Positions 26,481 to 39,293 of a DNA stretch of 64,000 nt are shown here, piece by piece. The stretch is from Octopus vulgaris (lineage: Eukaryota), in NCBI GenBank assembly GCA_951406725.2, contig OX597822.1, positions 86,428,001-86,492,000 of the forward strand. The letters run 5' to 3'. The translations under genes were made by a program, and so were the position numbers. The notes under the pieces are model-generated. The model was not told the DNA's origin and did no database searches. It worked only from the letters and a program-made list of their open reading frames with translations. Every line of letters starts with the position of its first letter. Position 1 is the stretch's first letter.

Positions 26481-26771
26481 CTCTCGTTATTTCACATCCT
26501 ACTCAAGAATTACACATCTGCACTTTTTTGCTCTTTTCCTTTCTCTGTCAAATTATGAAAAGCAACCCCACTCCCTCCTCTAACAAACATCCTTCACATA
26601 CACTTGATAAAACTGTTGTTTTTTTATCAGCCAATATTCACAATTTTCCAAAGACACTTTTTGCTGAAAATGTTCCAATCGATTAACAGTCTCATTATAA
26701 TATCAATGCTTTACAGTCAAACAACAAAACTAACAAAATGCATGCTTTGAAGATATTTTATAGAAAATATT

Positions 26772-27155
26772 TACTTTTTTCAGTCATTAGACTGTGGCCA
26801 TGCTGGGACACCACCATGAAGAATTTATAGTTGAATGAATCAACCCCAATACATTTTTTTCTTTTTTTTTTAAGCCAGTACTTATTCTATTTGTCTCTTT
26901 TGCCAAACCATTAAGTTATGGGGACATAAACACACTAACATCAGTTGTCAATCAGTGGTGGGAGCAAACATAGATACAAAGACACACACACACACACATA
27001 TGCAACAAGCTTCTATCAGTTTCTGTCTACCAAATCCACTCACAAGGTTGTGGTCAGCCTAAGGTTATAGTAGAAGACACTTCCCCAAGGTGCTATGCAG
27101 TGGGACTGAACCCAGGACAATGTGGTTGGGAAGCTAACTTCTTAGTACACAGCCA
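26772..27155 (-). mobile_element. SINE family A, diverged full length
   Basis: Reverse-complement tail and head (cagtgggactgaaccc...cacagccac). Confidence 0.82.
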
Positions 27156-27785
27156 CAAGCTAGTTTAGTTCAATTTTGTAGAGCTCATTGCGACTCTACT
27201 GAAGATTTGTACCCCACCTTTTTTTTTTTTGTATGCTGCCAACATATTTGAAAGAAGATATGCATACAAAGCTTCCGAGGCCAGGTCGATAAAGAATAAG
27301 CTTTATCAAGGTTTATTGTAAGGCGTAACATTTTGCATGTTAGTAAAATTCTGTCTTTGAAAGTTTGAAGAACTTCCTCTTTGTGTGCATCACTGTGACA
27401 CTCAACTGTATGCAAGATGTCTCTTATTATGTGTGATTCAACCAATTGAGGTGGAATAATTTATTCATTGTGCAGTAGCATATAGAAATACCTTCAGAGT
27501 TATTAAAGGACTTCATGTTTGAATTAGAAGACATGTTGAGGGGAAGGCTTTTGCAAATACACACACACACATGCCAGAGTTACATAAAAAGCACCCATAC
27601 AAGTGCCATGTAGAAAGCACCTGTGCTGGTGCCCCCTAAAAAGCACCCAGTACACTCTGTAAAGTGGTTGGCATTAGGAAGAGCATCCAGCCATAGAAAC
27701 CATGACAAAAACAGACGAGTGGAGCATGGTGCAGCTCCTGTCAAACCATCCAACCCATGTAACATGGAAAACAGATGTTAAATGA

Positions 27786-27824
<39 letters not shown>

Positions 27825-30398
27825 GTGTGTATGTATAATGTACTGTTCCATTATTGGTGAATCAACAAAAAAGAACTATATCGAGTAAAAGATAGTAGTA
27901 TTAATAGTAGTATAGGGGTATGCACTGTAACAGCACTGTTCTGCATCCACCATTTGTTGGTGGTTCCCTACCCCTGTCAGATGACTCCTTTGCACCACTG
28001 AGGTGACAACCCTCCATTACATGGGTCTGTTTGAGTAGTCATTGCTGGTGGAAGTTTTACGAGGTCAGAGTGCAACTCCTACTTCGACCACTTTTAGTAA
28101 CTTCTTATGACATGCAGAGGGAACATTCGGTCTATTCTTTGACATGCTGCTCCCTACACAGCACTAAAGCAATGTGAAAATGAAGTGTTTTGCTCAAGAA
28201 CACAATATGCCACCTGTTCCCAGAATCAAACCTATGATCTGGCAATTGTGAGTGCAACACTGTAACCACATGCCTAGTAGGAGATAAATATCATTTAATA
28301 TATACTAGATTTAGATTTGAGCTACTATTAGTTTCATGCTATGAAAACATGATGATCTCACAGGTTTATATCAATAACTCAAATATGCAACATAGCTAGG
28401 TTTTTTTTTTATTAGAAACAATGCTGGTCTTTGAGAAAAAATGAGTTGAAAGTAAAAGAAAAAGCGGACTGAGAAAACAGAAAAAAAGAAAATTAAGAGC
28501 TGTGTCTCTTTGACTATTTGAATCAGAATTTGGTTGGTGTAAATTAATTCAATGGGGAGAAAGTCAGTTTGTAAGACTGCACGCTTAATTCAGAGAGGGT
28601 GATGTTTTCCAGTTCAATAAAAGAAATTTGTCCAGTGGCTTACATTTAATATAAATTTCAGATCTGGAATTTAGTAGGTCAGTAGAGGCTCTTAGATCTA
28701 AAACAGCTATGAGATATTTTGGCTAAACAAAGCATGCATCTCTTTGAATCAATAATGTATGGCACAGATCATTCCACAATGCTCCAGTTGATGGTGTGTG
28801 GTGTGTAGTTAGCCTTCAGGACCCAGATATGGCTTTCTTCTTCTCCACATGCTGTGTTGTATAGAAACTCATGGCATGTTATACAAGCTTGTCAGATTAT
28901 TGTTTTGATAGCATTAAACTTATAGTAGCTCAAATTTAAATGTCATGTATGTGTGTGTGTGTGTGTGTGTGTGTTTGTGTGTGTGTGAGGCATAGTATGA
29001 GTAAATACTCAGGATACATAGTAGACTTTAAGACAAGATATTTATTAGTATTGATTTTTGTATTCATTAGATAAAATACTAATTTTTACTGTAGGAGAAC
29101 ACCATAAGTGATTGAATCAATATTATTTCATTACTTCCACTTCTATTGTACAAGTCTTTTGTCCTTTGTTCTTCTATATTCTAATTCTAATTCAGAGATG
29201 GAAACAAAAGCTGATGCTAGCAACACTTACACATGGTATAGATACTGAGTTTGTAAGAATATTGTCTCTGGACATTGTTCTGTTTTGTTACTATAGCACT
29301 TAGAATTCTTTTCACTTTGTCTTTCTATTCTTGGTAACACCTCCTAGATTAATTGACTTGCTAGAAATAGCTATGAAATTTCTTTGAAATAGCACCTTGA
29401 CATACTTGTTTACAAAAATGAAATGGTCGAGGTTGGAATGCCCTTGCTCATCCATATACTTAATCAGAATTGACCTGATTAACACCAAAAGGTTTCTACC
29501 TTCAAATAAGACAAACAAAAGACATAAAAAGCAAATAAACATGCTTTGTCTGACTAGAGAAGGTTTTTCAGACAAGTTCCTAGGTTCATTTTCATTGCAT
29601 TTTATAGAAGAGAGATAAAAACCTTCTTCAAAAAGTTGCCCCATTCCTTTTGCTCAGTGACTTTTCGTCTGTTTCCTTTTCTGAATACCTAATAGCAACA
29701 GGATATGTTGTGTTACTCTTTAATGTGCTTGCTGTATGTGCCAGTTTATGATTATTGTTTTTCAGTTTAAAACCAAAGAGTTTCTGTTTCTTGAGACTAA
29801 ATGAATCATATGAATTAAGTTATCTGGAGTTATATTTGCTTGACACATGGGCAGTAAATAGATGAGATCTGAAATGAATAGATAAGAGCAAGTGAGACCT
29901 TCAGCTGAGTGTCTTGTTTCAAGTAAATGAGAAAAACCTTCTGTGTACAGGATGTGTTGGTTCATTGCAGTAGGAGTTGAAGTGACCAACTTTCTTTAAC
30001 TGCTGCTCCTGGATGTATCAATGAATTATACTTTTCATGTTCCCTAATTTAACCTCCATGGGCTTCCTGGTTGGGAGCTGAATGATTTGGTAGGGGATAC
30101 AACACCAGGGGAGTGACAAGGCATGATGAACAAGAGGCCACTTGGTTGGTTGTCCAACTTCAACGAAAAGCTAAGCACAAACAGACTGATAATGCAACTC
30201 AGGCCTTGAAACATCAACTGAAGCCTGCATGAGAAACAACTACACGAAAATTCATGTCGAATGCAAATGAATGATACAAAAGCTGGAGGGAAAATATTGT
30301 TTCTGGATGTGGACCAAAGAGAAGTGTATATGAAAACATTAGGATCCAAGACTTTACCCTCCCTTGTACATAAACTGACACAGGATCAAATGGCTTAA

Positions 30399-30610
30399 CC
30401 CTTTAGCCATATCCAGCCCAAATATTCTCCCTGTTTTATGGTCAAAACTAGCCAGATCTGACCCCGCATACGTACCTAACAATGTTATTCTAGAAATAAA
30501 CAATCCATCATTTAAATCTTAAAGCTATGAGTTGATGCATAATTAATCTAAAACAATTTGAATAAATAAGCAGAACATTTGATGGAGGAATGAACTGAAT
30601 GCTTAAAGGC
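30399..30610. mobile_element. piggyBac-type MITE
   Basis: TTAA|ccctttagc ... gcttaaaggc|TTAA; a related partial copy lies at about 8880-9025. Confidence 0.7.
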
Positions 30611-33190
30611 TTAAAGAATTTATTTCAAAGCTGTCAAACCTAAAACATCACAGAAAGACAAATGCTGCTGCTGCTGATACTGGTGACTGCTTTCAAATAA
30701 AAGTGCTTCATTGAATAATTAATGAATATCAATACACATCACCAGAAAGCTATTTCTGTTCGACCAGTTTGAAGAATATTTCAGCCATAAGTGAAGTACA
30801 CCATTACAGTGCTGCAGTATCTAGTAAGTAGATCAATACTTTTGGAAATGCAGTATACACCCTCTGCAACAGGAAGTCAGGACATTCAATCCCCTGAAAG
30901 TTCACTGCCCTCTTCCCAGCCAGAAGATATGAAGCACAGCTTACAATGGGTTTGCTTTTATTGTTTCCTGCATGGAAACAAGTTTCTGTTGTTGCTGTTG
31001 TGGGTTTAATTAAGATTATTTAACACTCTTTTATTTGGTTCATAGATCAGCCGTGCCCCTGTCGAGACACTGATAATAAGCAACAGCCACAGTTAAGTGC
31101 TAGACTACTCCCTCCAGGAATCTTTACTACAATATCAAGTTTTGATATAAGGACTTAGAGCTTATTTACAAACATGCATGTGTGTGATTAAACTTGTCAA
31201 ATGGACATATATATTTTGACACACACAGATCTGATTTCTTTCATGCCTTTTAACTCCACCAACCTCACACATTGTGACTAATATTATATTTCTAAGCAAA
31301 CCCAGGGTGGTGGCAAGCTGGCAGACTTTGAAGAGAGAGAGCATTCCATTGAAAAGGTTGTGAATAGCAATGAAAGGACTCTCACGAACAACTGACCAAT
31401 TGATTGTTTAACCAACACATCAAACAAATGATTGACTAGTTGGTTGGTTAGATATTTACTAATAAAGAAGTGATATTGACCCAGTGCATGTGTTTATTAT
31501 CATTGGCATAATGACCCTCCCAAAACACGGCAAGTAAAAATGCTTAGTAGCATTTTATGCAGCTCTGTATGTTCTGAGTTCAAATCTCACCAAAGTCAAC
31601 TTTGATTTTCATTTTGTCAGGGTCAGTAAAATAAAGAGCCAGTCAAGTCATGGGGACGATGGTCTCATCTATTCTCCACCACTCAAAATTGTTGATCTTG
31701 TTGCAAAAACTAGACATCATTTTGTTATATGCAGACACAAATAGACAGGATAGTGTTTGATTTATCAGAAAGACATTTTAACTGTTTATCTCTCTGAACA
31801 TCTTCGTTGGGTCGGTAGTGACCTAGTATAATTCTTGTAAACTTTAATTAAACTTAGCCAGAGGACCAGTTAATAACAACCTAATCTGGACAATGCTCTA
31901 AACCTTGCGAGGTGAACAGATATGAATGAATAATTGTTTAATATACAAACAATTATATTTTGACGATTTTAATATTTCCGTCTATATTTAAATACTGTTG
32001 GCTCAAGATCTATTATAATCTCACAATTCTATAGCAGAAATATTTAGCAGTCTCAAAACACATAGAAATTGAACCTAGATCACTGTATCTGATGAAAAAA
32101 CAATACAAATGTGGTTTGCTCAGTTATTGATGATGTCACTAAGACACTTGTGGCAAACAGGATCTAGTTAAGCATTTTCCCTCTGGTGTGCTGTTTCTGA
32201 TAAGGACTTCAGCTACATAATTAATGTGTTTTAGCTACTAACAGAGTAGACTGGAACAGTGTCTGTGGCTGCCAAAATGAATTATAATGATGACCAAAGT
32301 AACAGTGACCCCAGTGACACAACTCAACTACCAAGGTGCAAGAATCAACCGAATCATTCCAATGAACTCTTACTGTCAAGTCACCAGACAAACCACTCCC
32401 ATTCCGGTCTTATAGAAGTGACAATATAAAGTTGGAAACAATAAAAATAGTTTTGAATTAAAAGCTCAGCTGAATTTGTGTTCCTCCAATCAACATCAAC
32501 ATAATCAAATTACATTAGTGACACACAGATAGAAAGAATCTTATTGTTGCTGCTCTTTTACCATAATTAAATTGTTTTCATTAATGAATATGATTCTTGT
32601 CATAATTCTTTATTGTATCATCCTCATCTCTCTTTCCATGGGAAACATTTTATGTTGAAATCCTCCAGATTCCTCTGTGATTGAGAATAACCTGCTTTTG
32701 TACTGACAATATGACAACTAGTGTGACTGGCAGAAAGGTACAGATGCTAATATACAACTTAGAAGTCGTCGTCGTCGTCCTCCTCCTCCTCCTCATCATC
32801 ATCATCATCATTAATGTCTATTTTCCATACTGACATGGGTTGGACAGTTTGACAGGAGCTGGTCAGCTGAGAACTGCACCAGGCTTCAATTGTCTGTCCT
32901 GGTATGGTTCCTATGGCCGGATGCCCTTCACCAGTAGCACTATAGAAGTTAGGAAATATATGGAGTTTTAATGAATTGCCATGTTGTCTTTACTAAACTT
33001 AATGTTAATGTTTAGCTAGACATAGTTTAGAAAACTAAAACATGAACAATAAGTGACATTGCTGAAGAAAACATGCAGGTTTTCCTCATTATCTGGGAAT
33101 CCTACATTCCAATAGTATAGAGTTAGCTAAAATTATTACCATCCAAACAATTAACCTAAATGTTTACATTTACATTTTTGTTTCAGAAAT

Positions 33191-33409
33191 ATGGGAAATA
33201 CTGTGAAGTGTGGTTCCCATTCCAGGTGGTTTAAATCTGAATATAATGAGACCCTCCAGCAGGAAAGGATACAGTTTGTGGACCGAAGTGATGTCCCTGA
33301 TTCGGGTGAAGTACAACTTGGAACCCTAATACACTACGATTATCCCTTTGAGAATTTGGTGTTTGAAGGTGGCGGAAATAAAGGCATTGCATATTGTGGG
33401 AGTTTAATG
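33191..33409 (+). CDS. Patatin-like phospholipase (ExoU/VipD-like), coding exon 1
   Basis: Acceptor tttttgtttcag| at 33186, ATG at 33191, MGNTVKC...YPFENLVFEGGGNKGIAYCGSLM with the glycine-rich oxyanion motif GGGxKG; donor ATG|gtaaga, phase 0 (219 nt). Confidence 0.9.
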
Positions 33410-33467
33410 GTAAGATGTCGTCATGAATCATGTTTATTTCTTTTAGACTGAGAGTTTACGTCAGATT

Positions 33468-33509
<42 letters not shown>

Positions 33510-33639
33510 ATAAGCATTCATAATAATTCATGCACATCTAGACATATAAACAAAAATTGTGTGGAGAAGTCTGTGAAAATTTACTGAGTTACTCACACAT
33601 CCATACATCAAACATGTTTATGCACACAGCATGACAAAA

Positions 33640-33890
33640 GCATATGGTGTAGTGGTTAAGAGTGCAGGCTACTAACCCCAAGATTCCAAGTTTGATTCCA
33701 GGCAGTGACCTGAATAATAACAACAACAACAACAACAACAATAATAATAACATCGAAAAATACCTTAGGAATGAGAACCCAGGTTCGAAAGTTTCCCAAG
33801 AGACCTGGTGATGGGTGGAGAGTATATCAGCCAAAACATTGTATTAACAACAAATAAGATGAGGACAAATATCTGTCAAATGTAAATTAG
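33640..33890 (+). mobile_element. tRNA-headed SINE-like element (family B) with (AAC)n spacer
   Basis: A box tggtgtagtgg, anticodon-like arm ggctactaaccc, B-box variant gtttgattcc, then (AAC)n and a tail with a degenerate hammerhead-like pattern. Confidence 0.65.
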
Positions 33891-33979
33891 CTGTTTTCCA
33901 AAATATTCACACACATGTATAAACAATAACATACACACATAAATATTTACAAACACATGCACACACACACACATGGACC

Positions 33980-34380
33980 CTTACCTTCACACTAAATTCA
34001 TCACTGAAATCATTAACTCACTTTGCTTACTGCATCTTTATCCAAAGCTTGTACAATCCTTACAATTCATTCATCTGCACCTAGATTCCTCACTGACCAC
34101 CAAATTACTGAATGAGGTACCCTTTCAAATACTGTCTCCAAATCAATGACAGCTAGAAATAGTTGTTTCTTCCAAGCCAAGTATTTCTCCAGCACTTGCC
34201 TCACTGGTTACATAGCATCTGTGGTGCCTCTTCCAAACACAAAGCCAAATTGCATCTAACTCTATTTTGTCCTGGATCAATTGTGCTTTGACCTTCGTAA
34301 CCTGGTCTAGCAGTTTGATTCCTCCATAACTGCTTCTGTTTAAGACATCTCCTTTGCCTTTGTAGCAGTTTACTAATAGA
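33980..34380 (-). mobile_element. RTE LINE RT fragment (same family as 6740-8870)
   Basis: LVNCYKGKGDVLNRSSYGGIKLLDQVTKV. Confidence 0.78.
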
Positions 34381-34734
34381 AAAGAAGGTGAGCGCAAGTC
34401 ATCTATAAGTTCTTAGCTTGAGACAACAGGACTTGGACAAACTAAATTCCTGATTGATCAAGCAAGTGATCAATGGAATGATTATTTATTTAATTATTTG
34501 TTTTTGTTTCTCTTTTTTTTTTATTTTTGAATGGTACTTTATTTTATTAACATATTTTTACTGGCAGAAAAGAAAGAAAAAACATTAAAAGTATAAAAGA
34601 CCAAATTATTGAGATAAAAACCCACACCTACCTCACCAAAGAAACAAAGTAAAAGAAGAAAAAGATGGTGGTGGTGAGCAGCAGAAGATGGGTGGGAGGG
34701 AGTAATGGTTTGTACTCCCAAGAATACATGGTGT

Positions 34735-35290
34735 GTTTAGTGATGCCTCGTAGACATGATTGCAAATGCGTTGCTGCTGACAATGGCCAGCAATATTCAG
34801 ATTAACTGAATGCTAATAATAAAGTAAATAATATAGATTCAGTGCATGTGTTCTAGTTTAATAATAAAAATAACCCTGTTGGAAAATGATGACTGTTGAA
34901 ATAGATGTGGTTGCACTTTAGTACAACATCTGTTTAAACACATAGTTTTACCTCAAGAATTCAGTACAACAGAATAAATGGAATGTGTGTGTGTATAAAG
35001 AATAACACGAATGGGCTTTTATTTAAACCCCATTTGTGTTCTTATTTTTAAACATGCACTACACCTGGAACCAACCCTGAGTTATATCTATGGTCTATTT
35101 TGGATTCGGTTCTACATACCTGCAGCACACTACCAAACACATGACGCTTCATGGTTGTTTTTTACCTTACTGTGAACTCAATGCTATGGTACCTGGCTGG
35201 TCCTGGTATCCTGTGTGCTGATGCACCTAGATTCTAATGAACCCGGTGACTAAACTATATATGTGTCTAGATAATTAATAATATCAAAGG
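34735..35290 (+). repeat. 556-bp local duplication, copy 1
   Basis: No mismatches seen by eye against 37575-38130 (offset 2840). Confidence 0.9.
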
Positions 35291-35355
35291 GTAATCAGAA
35301 ATATTAGAAATTTCTATTACCAGTAGCCTAGCATATAAAAATTTAGTCAATAGAC

Positions 35356-35403
<48 letters not shown>

Positions 35404-35449
35404 CAACCCATGCTAGCATGGAAAGCGGACGTTAAACGATGATGATGAT

Positions 35450-35735
35450 ATATATATAGTGTATATTTAAACACATAAGAGGCATCCTTCATAGGACTCC
35501 TGGCATGCTAGAGATATTAGGATAAAATTTCGAAGGGAATGAAAATAAAAACATTTACCATCTAACTCCTGGACCAATGGTTTCAGACTTTCTTTAGCAA
35601 ATAAAATAAGTGTTTTTATTTTTCATTCCCTTTGAAATTTTATCCCTAATAGTGGTTTGTAATTTAACTGTTCTCTCTAGCATGTAAGGAGTCCTATGAT
35701 GGATGCCTCATGTGTTTAAACATACACTGTATATA
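35450..35735. repeat. Fold-back inverted repeat flanked by (TA)n
   Basis: agtgtatatttaaacacat...gaagggaatgaaaataaaaaca is inverted at tgtttttatttttcattccctt...atgtgtttaaacatacact. Confidence 0.8.
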
Positions 35736-36127
35736 TATGTGTCTAGATAGACAGATAGACAGACAGACAGACAGATAGATTATAATAATGTTATTAATTC
35801 AACCCAAGTGTTTTTTTGTTTTTAGGAATGGTTCAAAACCATGATTGTGTTTTCAACTTGTACCTTCTGATTGAATGAATGTTTTTTTTCCTCCTTCATG
35901 TCTCATTAGTTGTTTTCCACTAATCATGGCTTAAATTAACTTTTGATGCAACATATTCAAATCAAATCCCGGAGCTGATTTCTTCTACTGAAGAACTATT
36001 AATAGTGGAAGATTTTATGTCTGTCAGAGAATTCATGCTAACTCAATCCATGTCTCACATTCTCTCATCAGTTCATGTTGCATTCTCTCTTTCTGTGTTT
36101 CTCTCTCTCTCTCTCTCTTTCTCTGTA

Positions 36128-36225
36128 GCGGTGCATGGCTTAGTGGTTAGAGTGTTGGACTTATGATTGTAAGATTGTGGTTTTGATTCCTGGACTGGGC
36201 GATGCATTGTGTTCTTGAGCTGCTC
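36128..36225 (+). mobile_element. tRNA-derived SINE head (family C)
   Basis: tggcttagtggttagagtg...ttttgattcctgg...gtgttcttgagc; a related minus-strand piece lies at about 28170-28270. Confidence 0.6.
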
Positions 36226-36229
36226 AGTC

Positions 36230-37534
36230 TACTCTACCATACCTAATTTGGAATCAATTATTGCATCCACAAATAGAAATAAACTTCAACTTCAAATGAC
36301 TAAAAGCTTAGATCACCATAAGGTACCCTGTATAAGTTCAAATAATATTAATAAACCAAATAAAGTAAGTCTATCAATCCCAACTAAACTTAGGCTAACC
36401 CAAATCAACCTTAATAAATCTGAGTAAAATTACAGATACGAATGCAAAAACTTGTAATTGTAGGGTCCCCAAATTATGTCTGCTCACTGGATTTGGTTTA
36501 TGTAAAAACAGTGTGGCAAATAACAAGCATCAAACTAGAGTATAGGAAGCACCACAGATTTTAAGAGATGATATAGAACCCATTGAAATTCTTTTAGTAA
36601 GCTAAAATACAAAAAGTTGTTGGCACTAACTGGCTACATACATGATTTAAAATTACAGAACATCAATTATACATCATCTTGGTCTATTACAGATGAGCCC
36701 CCCCCCCCCCTACAATACGATTATGGGCAGATGGTGAATGAGCATAAATGTGCATATGCTATCGTTTGCCTGAATAATTCTACCGTATTAAATAAGTTTT
36801 CCGACACTTTTCATTCGTGTAACCACAGATACTACTCAACTTTCATGAGACTCTTTAAATCCAAATGCACTCAACAATAGCCTTAGTAATTTCCATCACA
36901 ATATGTTGCCAATTAAATTTTAATAAAGACAAAAAGTAATGTAATTTTTACTCCTCATAAACACTTCCATTATTTACATAACTATATCTGTTCTTCTACA
37001 AAAGCTTCCAATTGTCTCATACCTTGGCAGCAAACTCATAGAATCTCTACAGTAAATATCACTTTTTCCCTGATGAAGGAGACATTCTCTGAAAGTGAAT
37101 TTTAAGATTAATTTTTTACTTGGATGAATAAATCCTAGAAACAGCTGTTGGAATATTTTAGTACATAACCCAAAACCTTATTTTGATGCCTATTATTATA
37201 TTTTCTCTTCACTATATTTTCAATTCTTTTTTGTAAAAAACGTTTTTATCTATATTCCTATACTTCATTATATTATTACTATGTTTATATATTCCTACCT
37301 TTATATGTCCATATATATTTCTAATATTGATATATTTTTATATGTATTTTTAACATATCAATATATGCTTTATTTTGGGCAATTTTTATCGTAATTAAAT
37401 TTGTACACATATGTGTTCATTGTAGCTTTGCCTGACTTGAACTTTTTCCAGTTCATCTATTTTACTTGTCTCGCATCTCAGGTTTAACTTGAGCACTTAT
37501 ATGCAGTCTATGTGTTTCATAAGGAAAATATAAC

Positions 37535-37540
<6 letters not shown>
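36230..37540 (+). mobile_element. Penelope-like element 3' end (GIY-YIG C-terminus plus terminal repeat with hammerhead)
   Basis: CNCRVPKLCLL.G, LTGYIHDLKLQNINYTSSWSI, LNKFSDTFHSCNHR (Neptune-type LSKYIW..K..I.W / LNKRSE...CRH motifs); hammerhead downstream; ends in (TA)n. Confidence 0.75.
37066..37153 (+). ncRNA. Type-I hammerhead ribozyme motif
   Basis: UUCC-CUGAUGA-AGGA(~50-nt loop)UCCU-A-GAAA-CAGCU-GUU-GGAA: stem I UUCC/GGAA, palindromic CAGCUG stem III, triplet GUU. Confidence 0.72.
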
Positions 37541-37574
<34 letters not shown>

Positions 37575-38130
37575 GTTTAGTGATGCCTCGTAGACATGAT
37601 TGCAAATGCGTTGCTGCTGACAATGGCCAGCAATATTCAGATTAACTGAATGCTAATAATAAAGTAAATAATATAGATTCAGTGCATGTGTTCTAGTTTA
37701 ATAATAAAAATAACCCTGTTGGAAAATGATGACTGTTGAAATAGATGTGGTTGCACTTTAGTACAACATCTGTTTAAACACATAGTTTTACCTCAAGAAT
37801 TCAGTACAACAGAATAAATGGAATGTGTGTGTGTATAAAGAATAACACGAATGGGCTTTTATTTAAACCCCATTTGTGTTCTTATTTTTAAACATGCACT
37901 ACACCTGGAACCAACCCTGAGTTATATCTATGGTCTATTTTGGATTCGGTTCTACATACCTGCAGCACACTACCAAACACATGACGCTTCATGGTTGTTT
38001 TTTACCTTACTGTGAACTCAATGCTATGGTACCTGGCTGGTCCTGGTATCCTGTGTGCTGATGCACCTAGATTCTAATGAACCCGGTGACTAAACTATAT
38101 ATGTGTCTAGATAATTAATAATATCAAAGG
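37575..38130 (+). repeat. 556-bp local duplication, copy 2
   Basis: Matches 34735-35290; follows (TA)n and is directly fused to a hammerhead-bearing segment. Confidence 0.9.
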
Positions 38131-38236
38131 TGCAGTTCTCACACAGTTCAGCTATGGGCTCTTAAGGAGCGTCCTCGTTCGAATTGCGTTGCTGCGACCC
38201 TGTTTTGTTTTGTTCTGTCAACGGAATTCCTGTTTT

Positions 38237-38316
38237 TTCCTGAAGAGAAAGCCACAATATGGTACCCTTATTTAATCATAATTTGGAAATTTGTGGCCTT
38301 TGAAACATGTGTAGAA
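38237..38316 (+). ncRNA. Type-I hammerhead ribozyme motif in PLE-like terminus
   Basis: UUC-CUGAAGA-GAAAGCCACAA(loop)UUGUGGCCUUU-GAAA-CAUGU-GUA-GAA, followed by AATAAA at about 38320. Confidence 0.68.
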
Positions 38317-38983
38317 TGTAATAAAAGGAATTCTGTACAATCTTCGTTCAACTCCATTTCTTCCATTCACTAATAATATATATATATGTATATATATATA
38401 TATACACACATATCATTGTTATCATCATTTAATATCCGTTGGCCATGCTGGCATAGGTTGGACAGTTTGACCAGGGCGGGCATGTTGGAAGGCTTCACCA
38501 GACTCCTGTCTGATTTGGCATGGTTTTCTATGGCTGGATGCTCCTTCCTAACACCAATCACTCTGAGAGCGTAATGGATACTTTTATGTGCCACTGGCAT
38601 GGGTGTCATTTATGTAACACCGGTATCTTCCACCTTTTTAGCTATATAGGTCAGTCATTGGCAGGTGCTTAGTGGTTGGTCAGTTAACATGGTATTTGGT
38701 TGTTTGTCTTTTCTTCCTTCACTTTCTGCCACTTTCACCACCACCACCACTTCTACTGCTCTTGCACCCCCACTCCCATTTCATATAGTTTGTGTCAATC
38801 TGTAGTCAGAGACTGATAGATTCTCTTTTATAATATTATAATTGTATTCTATACAATACCAGAGGAAGAAGGAAAAAGAAGACATGGTCACTAAGCACCA
38901 GAATGACTAACAACCGCAATGATTGATTCAGATAAAAAGATATTTATAGCTGTGAAACCCATATAAATATATTAAAGAGTGTA

Positions 38984-39253
38984 GTTGTGTAAAGCCGGAA
39001 CAATGCGAGAAGCTACAAAATAAACAAGTTGAAAAGAAAACAGAAGAAAGTTGCAGTTTTACTTGCAGTTTGTTGCTCAGTAATGCCCTTCTGAGAAACA
39101 AACTTTTTCCAACCATCACTTTTCTGAACCTCCTCAAGAAGGGGTCTTCACCCCAAACAATAGAAATACAAGGTTAAACTGCAACTTTATTCTGTTTTCT
39201 TTTCAATTTCTAGTTTACTTTGTACCTTCTGACATTGTTCTGGCTTTACACAA

Positions 39254-39254
<1 letters not shown>
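38984..39254. repeat. Fold-back inverted repeat adjacent to (TA)n
   Basis: 38984-39059 (gttgtgtaaagccggaacaatg...aaagttgcagttt) is inverted at 39176-39254. Confidence 0.78.

Positions 39255-39293
<39 letters not shown>

Noticed and set aside
30040-30300. Possible Tc1/mariner transposase C-terminal remnant
   Set aside because: Resemblance is too degenerate and no TIRs were identified.
35982-36030. ctgaaga-actattaatagt-ggaa as a hammerhead
   Set aside because: GGAA instead of GAAA, no valid NUH triplet and no matching stem I.
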